From Raillietiella orientalis (lineage: Eukaryota): a stretch of 64,000 bases of DNA. Below the pieces are notes generated by a model. The model was given only the letters and a program-made list of their open reading frames with translations, was not told the DNA's origin and searched no databases. Each line of letters opens with the position of its first letter. Positions within the stretch are counted from its first letter, which is position 1. The DNA lies in assembly GCA_036172245.1 (NCBI GenBank), contig JAYWIR010000005.1:5394001-5458000 (forward strand), read 5' to 3'. Position numbers and translations under genes: made by a program. Positions 26,020 to 38,600 of this stretch are shown in pieces.

Positions 26020-29000
26020 GAACAAGAGACAAAGTATTTAAAAAGAGCTTGCAATCTATTTCTGTTCACCGGAGAAGAAGAGAAATACAAGACCCCACCT
26101 CCTTTGGTTCAGGTAGGCCTTGTTCAGAGGACAATAGAAGAATAACTGTGTATCCTGTCAAAGAACAAACCTGTTAATCTTTCAGCTCGAGTGCCACGGA
26201 GCTGCTTGGCTGTGGAACTGTACACCAAAGATGAGCAATATCGATGAGCTTGCTGGCTGCCCACTACCCCATAGGAACCATCTATTCCTAGCATCGAATT
26301 TCTGGAGACACACGACAACATCGTCGGGCACTCTCTTCGGATGCTTCAAGATGAAACGCAAAAATCTTGGCAAAGCTGAATTTTCTCCGCATTTGCACCT
26401 CTCTACTGGGTCATCTCCGTTTCTCCAGAGAAGAAAAAAAGGTCGGCATCTCTGTCTGCTCTTACAACCATTCCTTCCTTCCTTTGGATCAAGTAATTTG
26501 GAATGCCTTTCTTGATTTGCTATCCTGCTCTGCATTCCTACAGGAGAGCAACATCCGTGTATTCTTTGGGGATGTGCAACGAAAAGTACTGTGGGCACAC
26601 AGGTGTTTCAGTCCTTTCATTTGCAATAGGGCTCTCTTTCTCTGGATTGTTCCTGCTTCTTCCCGAGTACTGGACACAGACTCCAAGTGGAAAAATCTCC
26701 GAGGCTTCATGTCAGTAGGGAAACAATTTGACCCCTCTTCCAAAGTCAGTGGCAAAGTCCGCGCTCTTGCTTTACAGATTCCAGGTGCATTTGGTTTTCT
26801 TCTATCCACACCAGACAAAGGCAGGTATTTCCGTCCAGGTGAGAGCACTGTAGCCTACCTCTCGAAGCGTTGCGACTTTCCGATCATCCATCAATCTCAC
26901 TCATGTGCAAACATAGGTCGGTGACAACGGCTCTCCGTCTTCCAGTCTCCTCTTCTGCAGCATCTGATGAGTTGTAATGGAGCCGATTCCTTCTAGAAGA
27001 TCACCAGCTCCGGGTAGGAGGAAGGAGGGTGCATCTCTCTCTGCACAGCTCTGCGGTCTAGTCCGGTCACTCTTCCGTGCGAGCCCACTCATCTACAATG
27101 TCATCTGGCAGGTCTGAATGCTGAGAGAGAAAGCATTTTCATCTGTTCCCTTGAGGGTGAGGCAGGCTGCAATTGCGAGGAAAGTGTGCGCGGCAGACGA
27201 CATTTCGCAACCGATTCAGGACCTTCGGCACTGGTCTCCATAGCAGTGGGACCACCTCAAAGGCAACCAAAGCGCAACTCAGCAGCCGCCTGCCTCCTCG
27301 TTTGCTACAAAGTAAACAGCAGCAGGCATGTGCGAATCCCTACTCGACGCGGACTGGCCTCACGTTCCGTGGAACCTCTGCCTGCATCCCTGCTCACATC
27401 GGACCGCCGGAGCAGGGGAGACGAGATGCAGAAGGTGGGATGTGAATGAGAAAGAAGCAGGCAGAAGGTGGCGAGCCGGAGTGAAGGGGGGACCACACCT
27501 CACTGGAGACTCATTCGAGGGGGAGGGGAGGGTAGTTCAATAAGTAAAACAAGTAGGAGGTGAAATCGACCGGCCTCCGGCTAGTGAACATAGTTCCCGA
27601 GGGTTTGTGGAGCCGAGCCGGTAAGTAAGGGTCTCAATGAGGTGCTGTCCAGGAGTGACCAAGGGACAGTGGAGGAAAAAACTGCTGCTATGATCGGGAG
27701 AAGGAGAAGCAAACCCGAGGAAATAAGATAAGAGATGAACATGAGGACACGGAGCGGATCGAGAGGAAAGAGTGCTTCCGTCTTGCAGCAGGATGCCAGG
27801 AACGAGTTGGAGGTGGTAGGCAGTCGACGAAACGTCGTCTGCACAGAAAAATTCCATTAGAAGCGGAGCTGGGGCTCAAGGACAATAGAGAGGAGAAGCT
27901 TCAGTTGCCATCGATGGTTGCTAATGATCCCCGTGGCGTCATATTCGCGCCCGTTGGTCACTTTCAGGAGTCTTTCCACCTCAAGCGAACCATTCAACTA
28001 GGGGGAGAGGCTGCACCCGGTAGGCTAGATGCTCTTCTCTCCCCTTTCACGCAGCGCCACGTCCAACGCAGGATGAGCTCCCTCAAGCGAGGTACCGACC
28101 CACGTCAAAGAAGCACCGCCTCTTTTCGAAACGGCCGTGGAGCCGCCGCTCCCGCGTAGCACGAGGTAGTGGTGGCGGGAGAGGGGACCCCTTGCCCGGT
28201 GCATACTACACTGGTGCTGTGTCCTCGCCGGTGGTGGTTGTTCACGGCTCGGAAGGGAAGCAAAAGGAACTTGGGTAACAAAAGAACCGGACATGTGGGC
28301 ACTGAAGGTCACGCTCTTTCAGCCGCGCTCGTCTGCTGCATGACCTTCAATTCAGATAAAGGGATGCTGCGGGATTTTCTCTGCTCTTTTGTCAGGACGG
28401 GACGTGGCCGAGCTTCCAGAACTCGTCTGCAGCCTTCCGGGAGAAGGAGAGAGGGAATCTCTGAGGAAACGAGGGACCGCCGCCTCACCTGCATCAATGG
28501 CGCGCCAGAGGGAGTGGAGAGGAAGGCGAAGGAGATGGGCGCCTCTGCGCCAAGTTTCCGAGAAATCTTCGAAAGGTCGAGGTGGACGGGTGGCAGTAAC
28601 CGGGTCACGTCTCCACTCTTTGTCTATGGTCCAAAGGGATCACTTTTTCTCTCTCTCTTGCTCTCTTTGTGGTGGACTCACATCTGAGAATCGTGGTCCG
28701 GAAACGAAGATGGAGAGGAAAAAAAGAAAGAAAGAAGAATGGGGTCCAAGAAAGTGCAGTCTCCAAACTCCGAACATCTTTTTTGTTCTTCTGAGTTTTG
28801 AGGTCGGTGTGAGGAGAATTGCGTGGAGAAGGAATCCACAGAGGGCGCCCTCGACCTTTCCAGTCTCATGCTTTCCAGTCTACGACGGACTTCCGGAAGA
28901 GAAAACAGACGGGCGCGTCCCTGAACGTGCATTTGACAGAGCTTCCGCAGGAAAATAGGTCCTTCTCTCCCTTCCTAGGAAGAGGCAGGATGTGCGTCCT

Positions 29001-30474
29001 CGCTGCGGAGACGCATTCCCCGAGCTTGGACCGGAACCAGGAGACGCATTTCTGCCGACATACGCGCTGGTTCCATGCCAGTATACTTATGTACGTACGT
29101 ACATGTGTACATGTGTACAGTAACGCATACATTAGCAGGGACTTCTTCACATATTCAGATTTATCAGTGTATGTTAGTGCGTGTTCACACGTGAAGATGG
29201 GCGTATCTGCACGCGCATTTCTGGAATCTCTCGGCAGCCACAGGCGACGGGATGCGAAAGGAATGCGAAGGACTCCAAGCAGCGGTCAGGACTCACGGGA
29301 TGCATCGCTCCACGAGGAACGACAGCCTTCTGTGGGAGAAGCAAAGAGGGAATGGCGGGAAGCTGGCATCAATGATCTCGGGAAGCTGGAGATCCCCTCA
29401 TTGCGAGAGAGGGAGGGATCGGAGGAAGAAACTCCAGAAGCAGGCAGAGGCAGAGCGTCGGCCAAGGGCAGCGGAGCAGGGAGCGACCGCATTCTGGGGA
29501 AGAGAATCCTCGAGCGAAGGACGCTGCGGAGATCAGCAGGAATGCCCGGCACTTCGGTTCTGACCGAGGAATGGCTCTGCAGAGAGGTGCTCGAGCTCAA
29601 AGGGGTTGGAGAGGGCGCGTTCAGGAGACCTCTCCTTACCCTCTCCCTCCTGCGTACCGCGGCTTTATTTAAGATCGCCGTCACTCCCTCAGCCCTCTAC
29701 GAGAGGAGACCAAGCGGTGAAATAGATGGAGCGTTTTCCTCTCATCTCTCCGGGGAGGCATCCTGCGCGGGAACCACGGTCACACTCGCGTGAAACGCGG
29801 GCGTGCAACCGATGAGAGGGCAACGGCGAAGGGCCAAGCTCTGCCGGAAGGAAGCAGAGAGCTGCTAATGATGCCGCAGCCGAGCGTGTGGAGGTCTCGT
29901 GAGGAAAGGAGGGACGGGAGAGAAACAGATCATGGCTTGGGGACGGCGAGCGCGCGGGTCGCAGGTGCGGCGGACGGAGCATGCTGGATGATACGAGCCT
30001 TCTCCCCTGGGGGCATCCGCCGGTCATCACCGGTGCGACGCGCTTCGTTCTCCGGCGACAAGGCAGAGTGGCGGATGGGTAGACTGCTTCCTCACGCCTG
30101 CCGAAGGTAACCCGTCTAATCGCAGCCAAGTCCGCCGCACCATTGAGATCCACGGCGGATGCTGCTGCAGGATCTGGAAACACTGTGGAGATTCTCTTGT
30201 GATTCCCCAAGGGAATTTTCAGACTCCGAGCTTCTTGATCCGCTCCTTCATTTTTCTCCGAGTTACAGCGCCCCAATGTCTTGCAGAGGCTCTGGGATCT
30301 TCCCTGGGACGGAGAACAGAACCATGCTCTCGCATGAAAGGGCCCCTGCTCACGGAGAAATCGCGGGAACCCTCCCCCCCCCCTACCCTTGTGCTCTCGC
30401 ATTGCTCCCGAAGCGGCAGCAGGGATGTACCCGCAATGCCAGGGAGCTTCGCTTCCCCAGCATCCAGCAAGACG

Positions 30475-30962
30475 GACCACTCAGAAGGACGGTCGTCTCT
30501 TCGGGATTACCATCTGCCCACTTGCCGGCCATCCCTCTCCCACTTTGCAAGAGCGGCGGTAGCAATTACGGTCAAAGAAAGGTGTGGACAGAGTCCGAGT
30601 GCGGTCATCCGTGAAAAGGACGACTCGCGACGATTACGGACGGACCTAGACTTCCTCAATTGACCTAGTCCCCACAAAACAATCTATTTTCCCGGTCCTT
30701 CCCTTCCATACCGACGCAGGTTGTCGGGAACCATAGTCGTATCGTTGTCACCACCATCTTCATCATCGTCGTCGCCACGGTGAGGCCGATCCATTCTACC
30801 CCGTTTCGCCTCCTCATTGGCCCTTCCTTCCCCCCCCCTCTCTCTCTCCATGCCTGCCAGGCCTGCCTCCAGCGAAGGTCGAATCCTCTCGTTTTGCGTC
30901 AGCAGATGGCTGGCCCTTTCTTTTGGGGGCAGTTTCGCTCACCCATAGTGAACGGATGGTCC
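30475..30962 (+). repeat. ~490-bp dispersed direct repeat, copy 1
   Basis: Matches 51528-52016, with two substitutions and one poly-C length difference seen by eye. Confidence 0.95.
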
Positions 30963-32199
30963 CACACTCTGGGGACGGGAAAGACAGAAGTTCGTCGAGG
31001 TCACTTTGCTTCCGGGATGCGCCTCTCGCTTATGAGACCAACTTTCGGTTCCACGCGGCCCCAGTTACGAGAGGAGAAAATCAGGTGTTTGGGAAGAGGA
31101 GAAAAGGCGCCTCCCTTGTGCCTCCAGAGCATGGGAACCAGGTGGCGCCTCGAATGCCCTCCGAGTAATGCCGTAACCCCAATAGATCAGATCGAAATTC
31201 GGATCTGAGGTGGGGAAGCTGTGAGTGCGATCCCTCTCCCCTGAAAACCTACAGATGAGCCCAAACCGAAATCTCTGCTGCCGGTGGGTGTGACTTCTAG
31301 GTAGAGAGCATTCGGATCCGGGAGGTGCGAGCTTGACGCACTGCCTGCGGCGTTCTTTCGCAGATCCTCTACCGCCATCGTTTTCTCACTCCTCGCAGAG
31401 TCAGAAGAGTTTGGCAGCCTCACATCTGGTTCTTGGATGGGCCTCAACACCAGAACCAGGATCCCTATTCCTTCAAGGGGACCCCGGGAGATCTGAGGAA
31501 GGCTTCGTGAATTCTTGGCTTCTCTTTTCTTTTTTGATGAGGAGCGAGAAGAGCGGACACTTACGAGTGGAGGAGGAGGAACGTACGGAGGAATATGCAG
31601 AGAAATCGTTCGTCCTTTGATTCCGGCTGCTGCGGAAGGGAGGATTGACCCCTATCCTCAGCCTTTCAGACTGGCTGCGACGTTCAGGCACCAAGAGATG
31701 CCACGCCCTGAGATGGCTCTCAAGGCAAGCCGCACGGCAAGGTTACAGATCTGGGCCGAGAGAGGGACGTTTTGCGGGAATTGCTGGTTTCTTAACTCTC
31801 TCGTCTAGAATACCGCTCGGAGCTCTTTGCTGCTGCTGCTGCTGTTCATGCAGAGAGCAGTCACTTCCATGCTTGGGAGTGCCCTGGTGCAAACTGCTCG
31901 TCTCCCAGCGCACTGCAATCTCGTTCTCCGTCTTCTCTCTTCGTCCTCTTTCGTCCTGCGCGTCCTTCGTGAACTCCGAAGAGAACTTCAAATCTTCACT
32001 CTCTCTTTCTTCTCCTCTTCTCCTTCTTTCTACCCGGCAGTTCCTCCCGTCTTTGTTCCCCCTCTTTCCGGAAGTCGAAAGTTGTGGTGCACACGTCTCG
32101 ATCACGTTCAAAACCAGTAGGGGTTAAAATCCTCCTCCACATCATATTGGCAGGAACTCATTGGAGTATTTGCTACAGCCACCAAGATCTGCGCCGGAG

Positions 32200-35100
32200 G
32201 CAGCTTCAGGAGAGGTAGTGCTCAACGTAAAGACCCTTGCGGAACCTGCTGTTCTTAGACGACGGAGACAAGAACCACTCCGTCCTGAAGGATTCAGGCA
32301 GAACACTTGAGCAACGCTCGTTTTCAGGGTCAGTTGCTCTGACATGTAAGAAGCTGAGCACTCTAGCGGATTCCAACCTCCATGGCCACCGTCTGCTGTC
32401 CATAGCATCCAACATCTTTCATGGGATCTGATAAGCACCTCATAGGGTACGCCGTAACCAAACGTTTGGTTCATCCCACAATGCTATCCCTGCTTACCGA
32501 AATGGGGCCTCCCGGGGCTCCCATGGACATCCATAGTAGGAGCTGCAGCATTCAAGAAAGGCGAAGCCCTCATCGGCTGATAGTTTAAGGAAAGGTTGAT
32601 TACATCCCCAATGTCTCTAATCATTCTGTTTGCCTGATTAAACTCCGCTTTTCCTTTTCACTTCTAAGGGCACCCTGAAGAAAGCTTTGAAAGCATCCGG
32701 CTGCTGCATCTTCTTTCGCCCCTGCACCTGACTCCTACGATCAATTTGCACGTCAGAATCGTCACAGACTTTCTCCAGAGTTTTCCCTGTGTTTGTATCC
32801 TAGATAGGCCTACTTCGCCAACAGTCGGGAGTTTCCATCCGAACTACATCGATGGAAGAGGTCTGCCAGCTAAAGCACTCCCGAATCCCAGCTTCGAGAA
32901 GACCAAGAGGATTCTCTTGCTCCTGGTTTCTTCTACTGGCGAGCCGTTTGCTGAGGCAGACGAATCGAGCAAGTGCTTGTGACCAGAGAACAAGTCCTCT
33001 AGAAACCAGTGAATGTGAGGCCCATGGACCAGGTTACTGTTCCTTCTTCCCGTCGAGCGGATTGGGCAATTCGCCAGAAAGAGGTCGCCAGTGCGAGAAC
33101 CGCAGTCAGAATGAGTTCCCTGGGCTGCTCTCTTTTCCCGGCAAGCGAGCGCCGGCGTGGTGGTAGTGGCAAGAACGTAGTTCCACGTGAGGTTCCAGGG
33201 TCACCGCACTCATAGGACGAGATGCTCCAAGTCTTCAAGGAAGGAGCTCTCACCTCACCGGGTGCTCTCGAGGAGAAGCACATAGTGCATTGTACCATCG
33301 GATGGGGATCGAGGAGGGAGTGAGCGGTGAAGAGAAGGCGACCGGAAAGCGTAGAACATCCAGCCGGTGTTGAATGGTGTTGAACACTCCGGCGAGAAGA
33401 ATGCCAGGAGCAATGGACGGGTGTTTCCGTTTCTTTTGAGCGGAAAGAACGAAAGCGAAGGCAGTTCAAGTTTCGCAGGGAGCAAATGTGGCTTGCGGCT
33501 CGTTTGTTGACCATCTTGAACTATCCATGATCTTCTGGGAAGATTCAGGAACGCAGATATCGCGACTGTAAGAAATGAGCCAGCATATAATGCTACTTGA
33601 GGTGTCTCGCAGCTGTTTGGCTTTTTCAGAACGTCTGACATTGTATCTGGATCATACTCATATCATCTACTATTTCGCGGATGCACCATTAACGCCTCGA
33701 ATTCCCAGCTCGGAATAATGGCTCCCCTATCCCCTTTCATCTCCGAATCTTTTGAGACCATGATGACCCCCCCTTCCGCAGATCGCGACTCATACGATCT
33801 CGTAACATCTGAGCAGAAGTGCGAACTTGCGAAGACGATTGCGATTCCCTTGAAGGCCGGCATCCTTCTTCCCCCTCTTGGCTCTCGGAGCAGCTGCCGA
33901 AGCCGTCTTAAAGCGCGGATCATGGGGAAGAGGTTGGAGCCTCCACAGCGGTTGGCACCAAGTCCGTCCGTGCTCTCGCTCTCACCGCGGGCCGAAGCAT
34001 CGCAGCTTCTCCTCGCAGAACGCGTCTTTCGTTCGCGTTTCCCCATGAGCGACCTCACCGCGAGGAACTTGAATGGGTGGGTCTATCTCGCCTCTTACTG
34101 TGTTTGAATGGGTCAGCTGCAGAGCGATCCACTTTGCCGCGTCTCGATGCCTCTGCTTCCCGTTCCCTTACTCGTTTACTGAGCTGCAAGAGCTTAGAGG
34201 AACCAGGGAAGGTCTCAAGCCGATAGCAGTGGACGAACTTACGAGAGCTAAGAGACTGAGCTGGGATTAACCGGAAGCGTTTCTTCGGAGATGAAGCACG
34301 TGAGCACTTAGGTGCCTTTTCCTCTAGGAAGAAGCTAGAAGCTTCGAGTTCCTAGTGATGGAGGAAAAGAGCTCTCTTAGCAGCTATGGATGATTTGTTC
34401 AGGCTTTCCGTGGATCTAGAAGTAGCAGGAAGAGAATTCTGATCCAGCTATAGAACAGCATTCCGAACGATGGTCTTTGCAAAGAAGCACGGGAGCTCCC
34501 CAACTGAAGATCATGTGGACCTAAGAGACAATCATCTGAGGAAGAAGCATCTTAAGAAGCCCGAAATCAGCCTTCTTCTCCTTGAGGATTCTCAGTGCGA
34601 TCCCAAGAAGTCTCGGTCATAACAAAAAAGGAAGATGAGATCCGAAGGAAGAAGAGTGTGATGTCCTTCAATAGCAATACTTGCAGCTCTAGTGGCTAAG
34701 ATAGAACTTTTTTCCCGTCGCGGTCTCCAAGAAAGGGAATGGTTCGCCCGGGACTAAGAAAAGAGAGAGGAGAGAGTTTGTCCTGGGCTGGATTCGATTT
34801 GCCAGAGAGGCCAAAGGAGTGCTTTCCAGTCAGGAATTCGTGCCGACGTCCGAGGAAGCCTCATAGAGGAGTCTTCATGGAGGAAAAGTCTGACGAACTT
34901 GAAAACAGGAAGCTCCTCTTCCATGCAGTACGTGGGTATGAGCATTGTATGCGATCCTTCAGTGTATCTCCAAGGAAACGGGGATATGAGAAACGCAGTG
35001 ATTAGGGTTATTTTCCGTATTGGGTGGGAGCATAGGAAACGGCAAGTTCGAAGGGCAAGAAGCTAGAAGGAATCGAAATCCGAAGAGAAAACCTCGAGAC

Positions 35101-35600
35101 TATTCTTTGTCCATACGCCTCGCCGTTGGTAGGGTTAGTCTTCCGTACCCGGAAAAGATGCTCTGTCGTCCCTGAGTGCGTCCTAGACAAGATGATGGCG
35201 CCTAAAGCTCGCGTCTGGCTTCCAGAGGCAGACACCGGAAGGTATAGCAACTCTGTGAGGAGGAGTTTCCATGTTTTTTGAAAAAGAAATCTGTCTGTTT
35301 CATCCGTAAGGTTCGAGATGGATACTGATTCTGCGAGTAGACGAGAACATATAGTGGAAACTGCACCCGTCTCGATGACTGGTGCTGCTGCCTTGGTGTC
35401 GGGAAAGAGGTTACGGAAGCGAGCACTCTGAATGAACAGGTTCTCTGGCAACCATCGTTGAGAAAAATTTCATCTTCCCAGTTGCAAGCTGTGGAGGCAA
35501 CTGGTTAGAAATATTGAACCTCCATCTGAACAAAAGGATCGTGCACAAATCATCTTCCTCTCATCTGATCAACAGCTGGTAATTGACCTTCTTCATCCAT
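32200..35600 (-). mobile_element. Decayed L1/Tx1-like LINE ORF2 (boundaries approximate)
   Basis: 'IILSRTH' (cf. LQETH) and 'GQRIVS' near 35.1-35.2 kb. RT-like 'CGGSNLFPMIRALRRLRQLL...IAIVFAS' and 'GDRGAIIPSWEFEAL' near 33.7-33.95 kb. Confidence 0.35.
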
Positions 35601-38600
35601 CAGAGATGCTGTTTGTAAACCTTGAATGCAAAAAAAAAAAAAATGTATTCTGCAGAAGGTGGAACCTGACAAGGAGACGTACGTGATCCTCTGCAGCACA
35701 GGTAGACGGCACACGCAAAGCCTACGACGACCTTGACACCGTCATCGTCCAGAACAAGCGCATTTCCCATCGAGGGAACGCCAGCCGACTCCGCGCGCGT
35801 TCCTCGGATGACGCCAACCGCCTTCCTTCCAAGTCAGCCTTCCCTTGGGCTCGCACGGCATTCTGTATGCGTCTACACTCTTGAATGGAGCTGTGAGCGG
35901 ACGCATACCGGAGCTCTTTGAAATGACAGAGGCTGCGGCTCCCATTCTCCAGCCAGAACGGAAAAATTCCCCCCTTTCTTTCGCCTTTTCGTCAACCCAG
36001 CTGTTGACTTTTACCAAAGTGCATTCATTTCGTAACCAGGCTACCACGATGATCGAAGAGGACGATGCGTTGTTCAGAGCCTCGCTTTTATAAATACGGG
36101 ATGAAACCTCGCGTTTGTGCTCGAGGGTAGCACCGTCTGCGTCGGTAAGCTTTGCGGGATCATAGGATTCCTTGTGCTCCGAAACCTGGATTCGGCTTTA
36201 TGAAAGCGCAGTGCGACCTTCAGCCGTGGACTCAACTCTTACATACCTAGGACCGTCACTTCGTTGCTCTGGGCAGCGCAGTCAGTCCTGGGCGCCTGGA
36301 GGATTACGGGACGGTCCCGGTTGAGAAGACGGTCAGGAGGAGGTGAGGCAGCCTCTGCAGCCAGCGACGGCGCACCTTTTCCCTCGCGGGTTCAAGTCTT
36401 GCCCATTCTCTGGGTCCGAACTCTCTTTTGCGGAGATGCTTTCCTACTGGCGACGTGTGGCAAGTCCGTCGCCGCACTGCGGCGTTGTGCTCGCCGAAAG
36501 AGAACGCGCGTCATCCAGAAAAACGCGGCCTTCTCGTCCACGCTTCCAAGTCAGCCTCGCGCAGTTTCCGCGCTTCCGGGCGAAATTCCACAACCTCAGT
36601 CGACCTCCAGCCCTGAACAGGAGCGGAATTCGCGCGGTGAGCTGTTTGCACCACCGTCGGAGCTCTGCACATCCAGAGACCTTCTGGGATGCTTCAAGCT
36701 TTCCGGTTTCTCCTGGATACTCGGGACACTCTTCAGGAACATTCCCTCCTTGTTTAGCGGCCTCTGGAGATCTTTCAGTGATGCAGCACATCTCTGTGAT
36801 CGGATCGACGGAACCAGTAAGAGGAAGCGCGAAGGAAACAAAAACGGGAATGATGCCCTTTTAAGGACGTTGGAAGTTGGCGCACCTCAAGCAAGGCGCG
36901 GCGTGCTTTTCAAAGAGACAAAAAGAGAAAAGGAGAAACCTAGAGGCGAAGAAAGTATCGAGATAAAGGACCATTCATGGAAGGATACCCAAGCAACGGA
37001 ACCAGCAGCAACATGGAGCAGCACAAAACAAAAAGAAACCGCAGACCACGAGCGGTCAAAACAAGTTTTCTTCGAAAGAAAATGATGGCGAAGCGTGATG
37101 GCGGCGGCATAGCAACAGCGGGATTTCCCCGCGGCGGCCGCTTTGTGAAATTATCTTGGCCTAGTGCGAGAGTGGCTGCAGAACTTTCTGAAGGATCTCA
37201 AAGCCTTCTGAAGCGTGCTCTCAGCAGACAACTCGGGTATGCAAGAAGGCGCTCCTTGCCAAGCTGGGCTGTCGGGGCGAAGAATGCTGCTCATGACACG
37301 AGCTCTCTATTCACCAAGGTCTCGTGCAGGAAGCGTTTCGCAGGTGCATCTCTTGAATTCAGCAGGCAGAAGCACTGTCTAGAGCTGCGCTGCGGGAGGA
37401 GGGAGATTTCTAGACATCGCGGCGAAGGAGACAAGAAGGTTCTTCCCCCCCCCACTCCCTCCCTTCCCTCCGTGCTGGATGACCGCATGTGTTGAATGTG
37501 ACCGCGGGAATCCGGTTCGTTCGCAATCTGGAACGCAAGAGGAGGGGCTTCCAGAACAGATTCGGAACACTGGCAATTCGCCATTGTCGCCAAGACGGAG
37601 CGTTTCCCTCCCTCCAAAGTTGAGCAGCCACGCTGAGTCGACCCCACCGCGAGCACTCGGTTCAACTGACATGTGGGTGCCGACGGCTCTTCCTTCATAA
37701 CCCGCGTCCCGTTCGCGTCCCGAGCTCCTATAGGAGGTGCACCGACTTGGTGAGAGGTGGGAAGGCGGCTAACTGTCCCATGTTCCCACGCCTCTATATC
37801 CGAAACTCATGGCGATTAGCATGAAGCTCCAACACATTTCCTCTCCGACTGCTGAACCGAGGGTGTCCGGCGTTTCGCCTAGCATCCCTCCATCTTCAAG
37901 TAAAAGAGAATGGAAGGAGAAGGAAGGAGGAACAAGAAAGCGCATCTTCCGAAACGTCTCCTCCGGGTCGGGATACTCGAGTCGGCAAGCCTTCCTAGTT
38001 CCGCTTCCATCTCTGATTGCACCTTGCGTGCATCCATGGTGGTGCAAGAGCACCCGAGGAAGCGATGAATGCAGAATAAAGAACGCGCTGCCAAAAAGCA
38101 GGGGACACTGCCGGAATGCAGGTGCTCCTTGAGAGATTCCTCCTCTGCTTCACGGAGCCTCCGTCGAAACACTCAGGTCTTTCGCGCGCGCTTCGACCTC
38201 GAGATCCTTCCGCTACGTGGAGAAGCCGACTCTCGTGTGATCCTGAGTTCGCCTGCCTCTCGGAGTTCCCTCGAGGAGGCCGTCCTCGCTCTCTCTTCCG
38301 GGAACGAAGGGAGTTGCAGCTGCCAGATCCCCTCCTCTTCCTCCTGCTTTCCTCCTCTTCCCTTCGTCCTTCACATCCCTCTGCGCGACGCGGTTCCCGT
38401 AAACCTCCCTCCTGAGCACACACGAGGAGCGTGAACGCACGGCTGCAGGGAAAGCAGCGGTGCGACCACCTATCTGCTCCTTAATTCATCTTCGATTCTC
38501 CCTTTCAGGACAGCGTTGGTCTCGGGAGAAAAACGGGATTTCGAAACACGGAAGGTTCGGCCGCGGTTCAGAAGAGTGTTGGTCTTGAGGCGTTCCTCTC

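Noticed and set aside
29645..29669. Minus-strand AATAAA followed by CCGCG-gta-CGCAGG as a seventh LINE terminus
   Set aside because: The stem is imperfect, it lacks the TG-A end, and I saw no zf-RVT or TSD upstream.
28819..29793. 324-aa ORF and a 16-bp palindrome ATGTACGTACGTACAT (29089-29104)
   Set aside because: The ORF runs through a GTAC/TACA low-complexity tract, and the palindrome is a by-product of that simple repeat.
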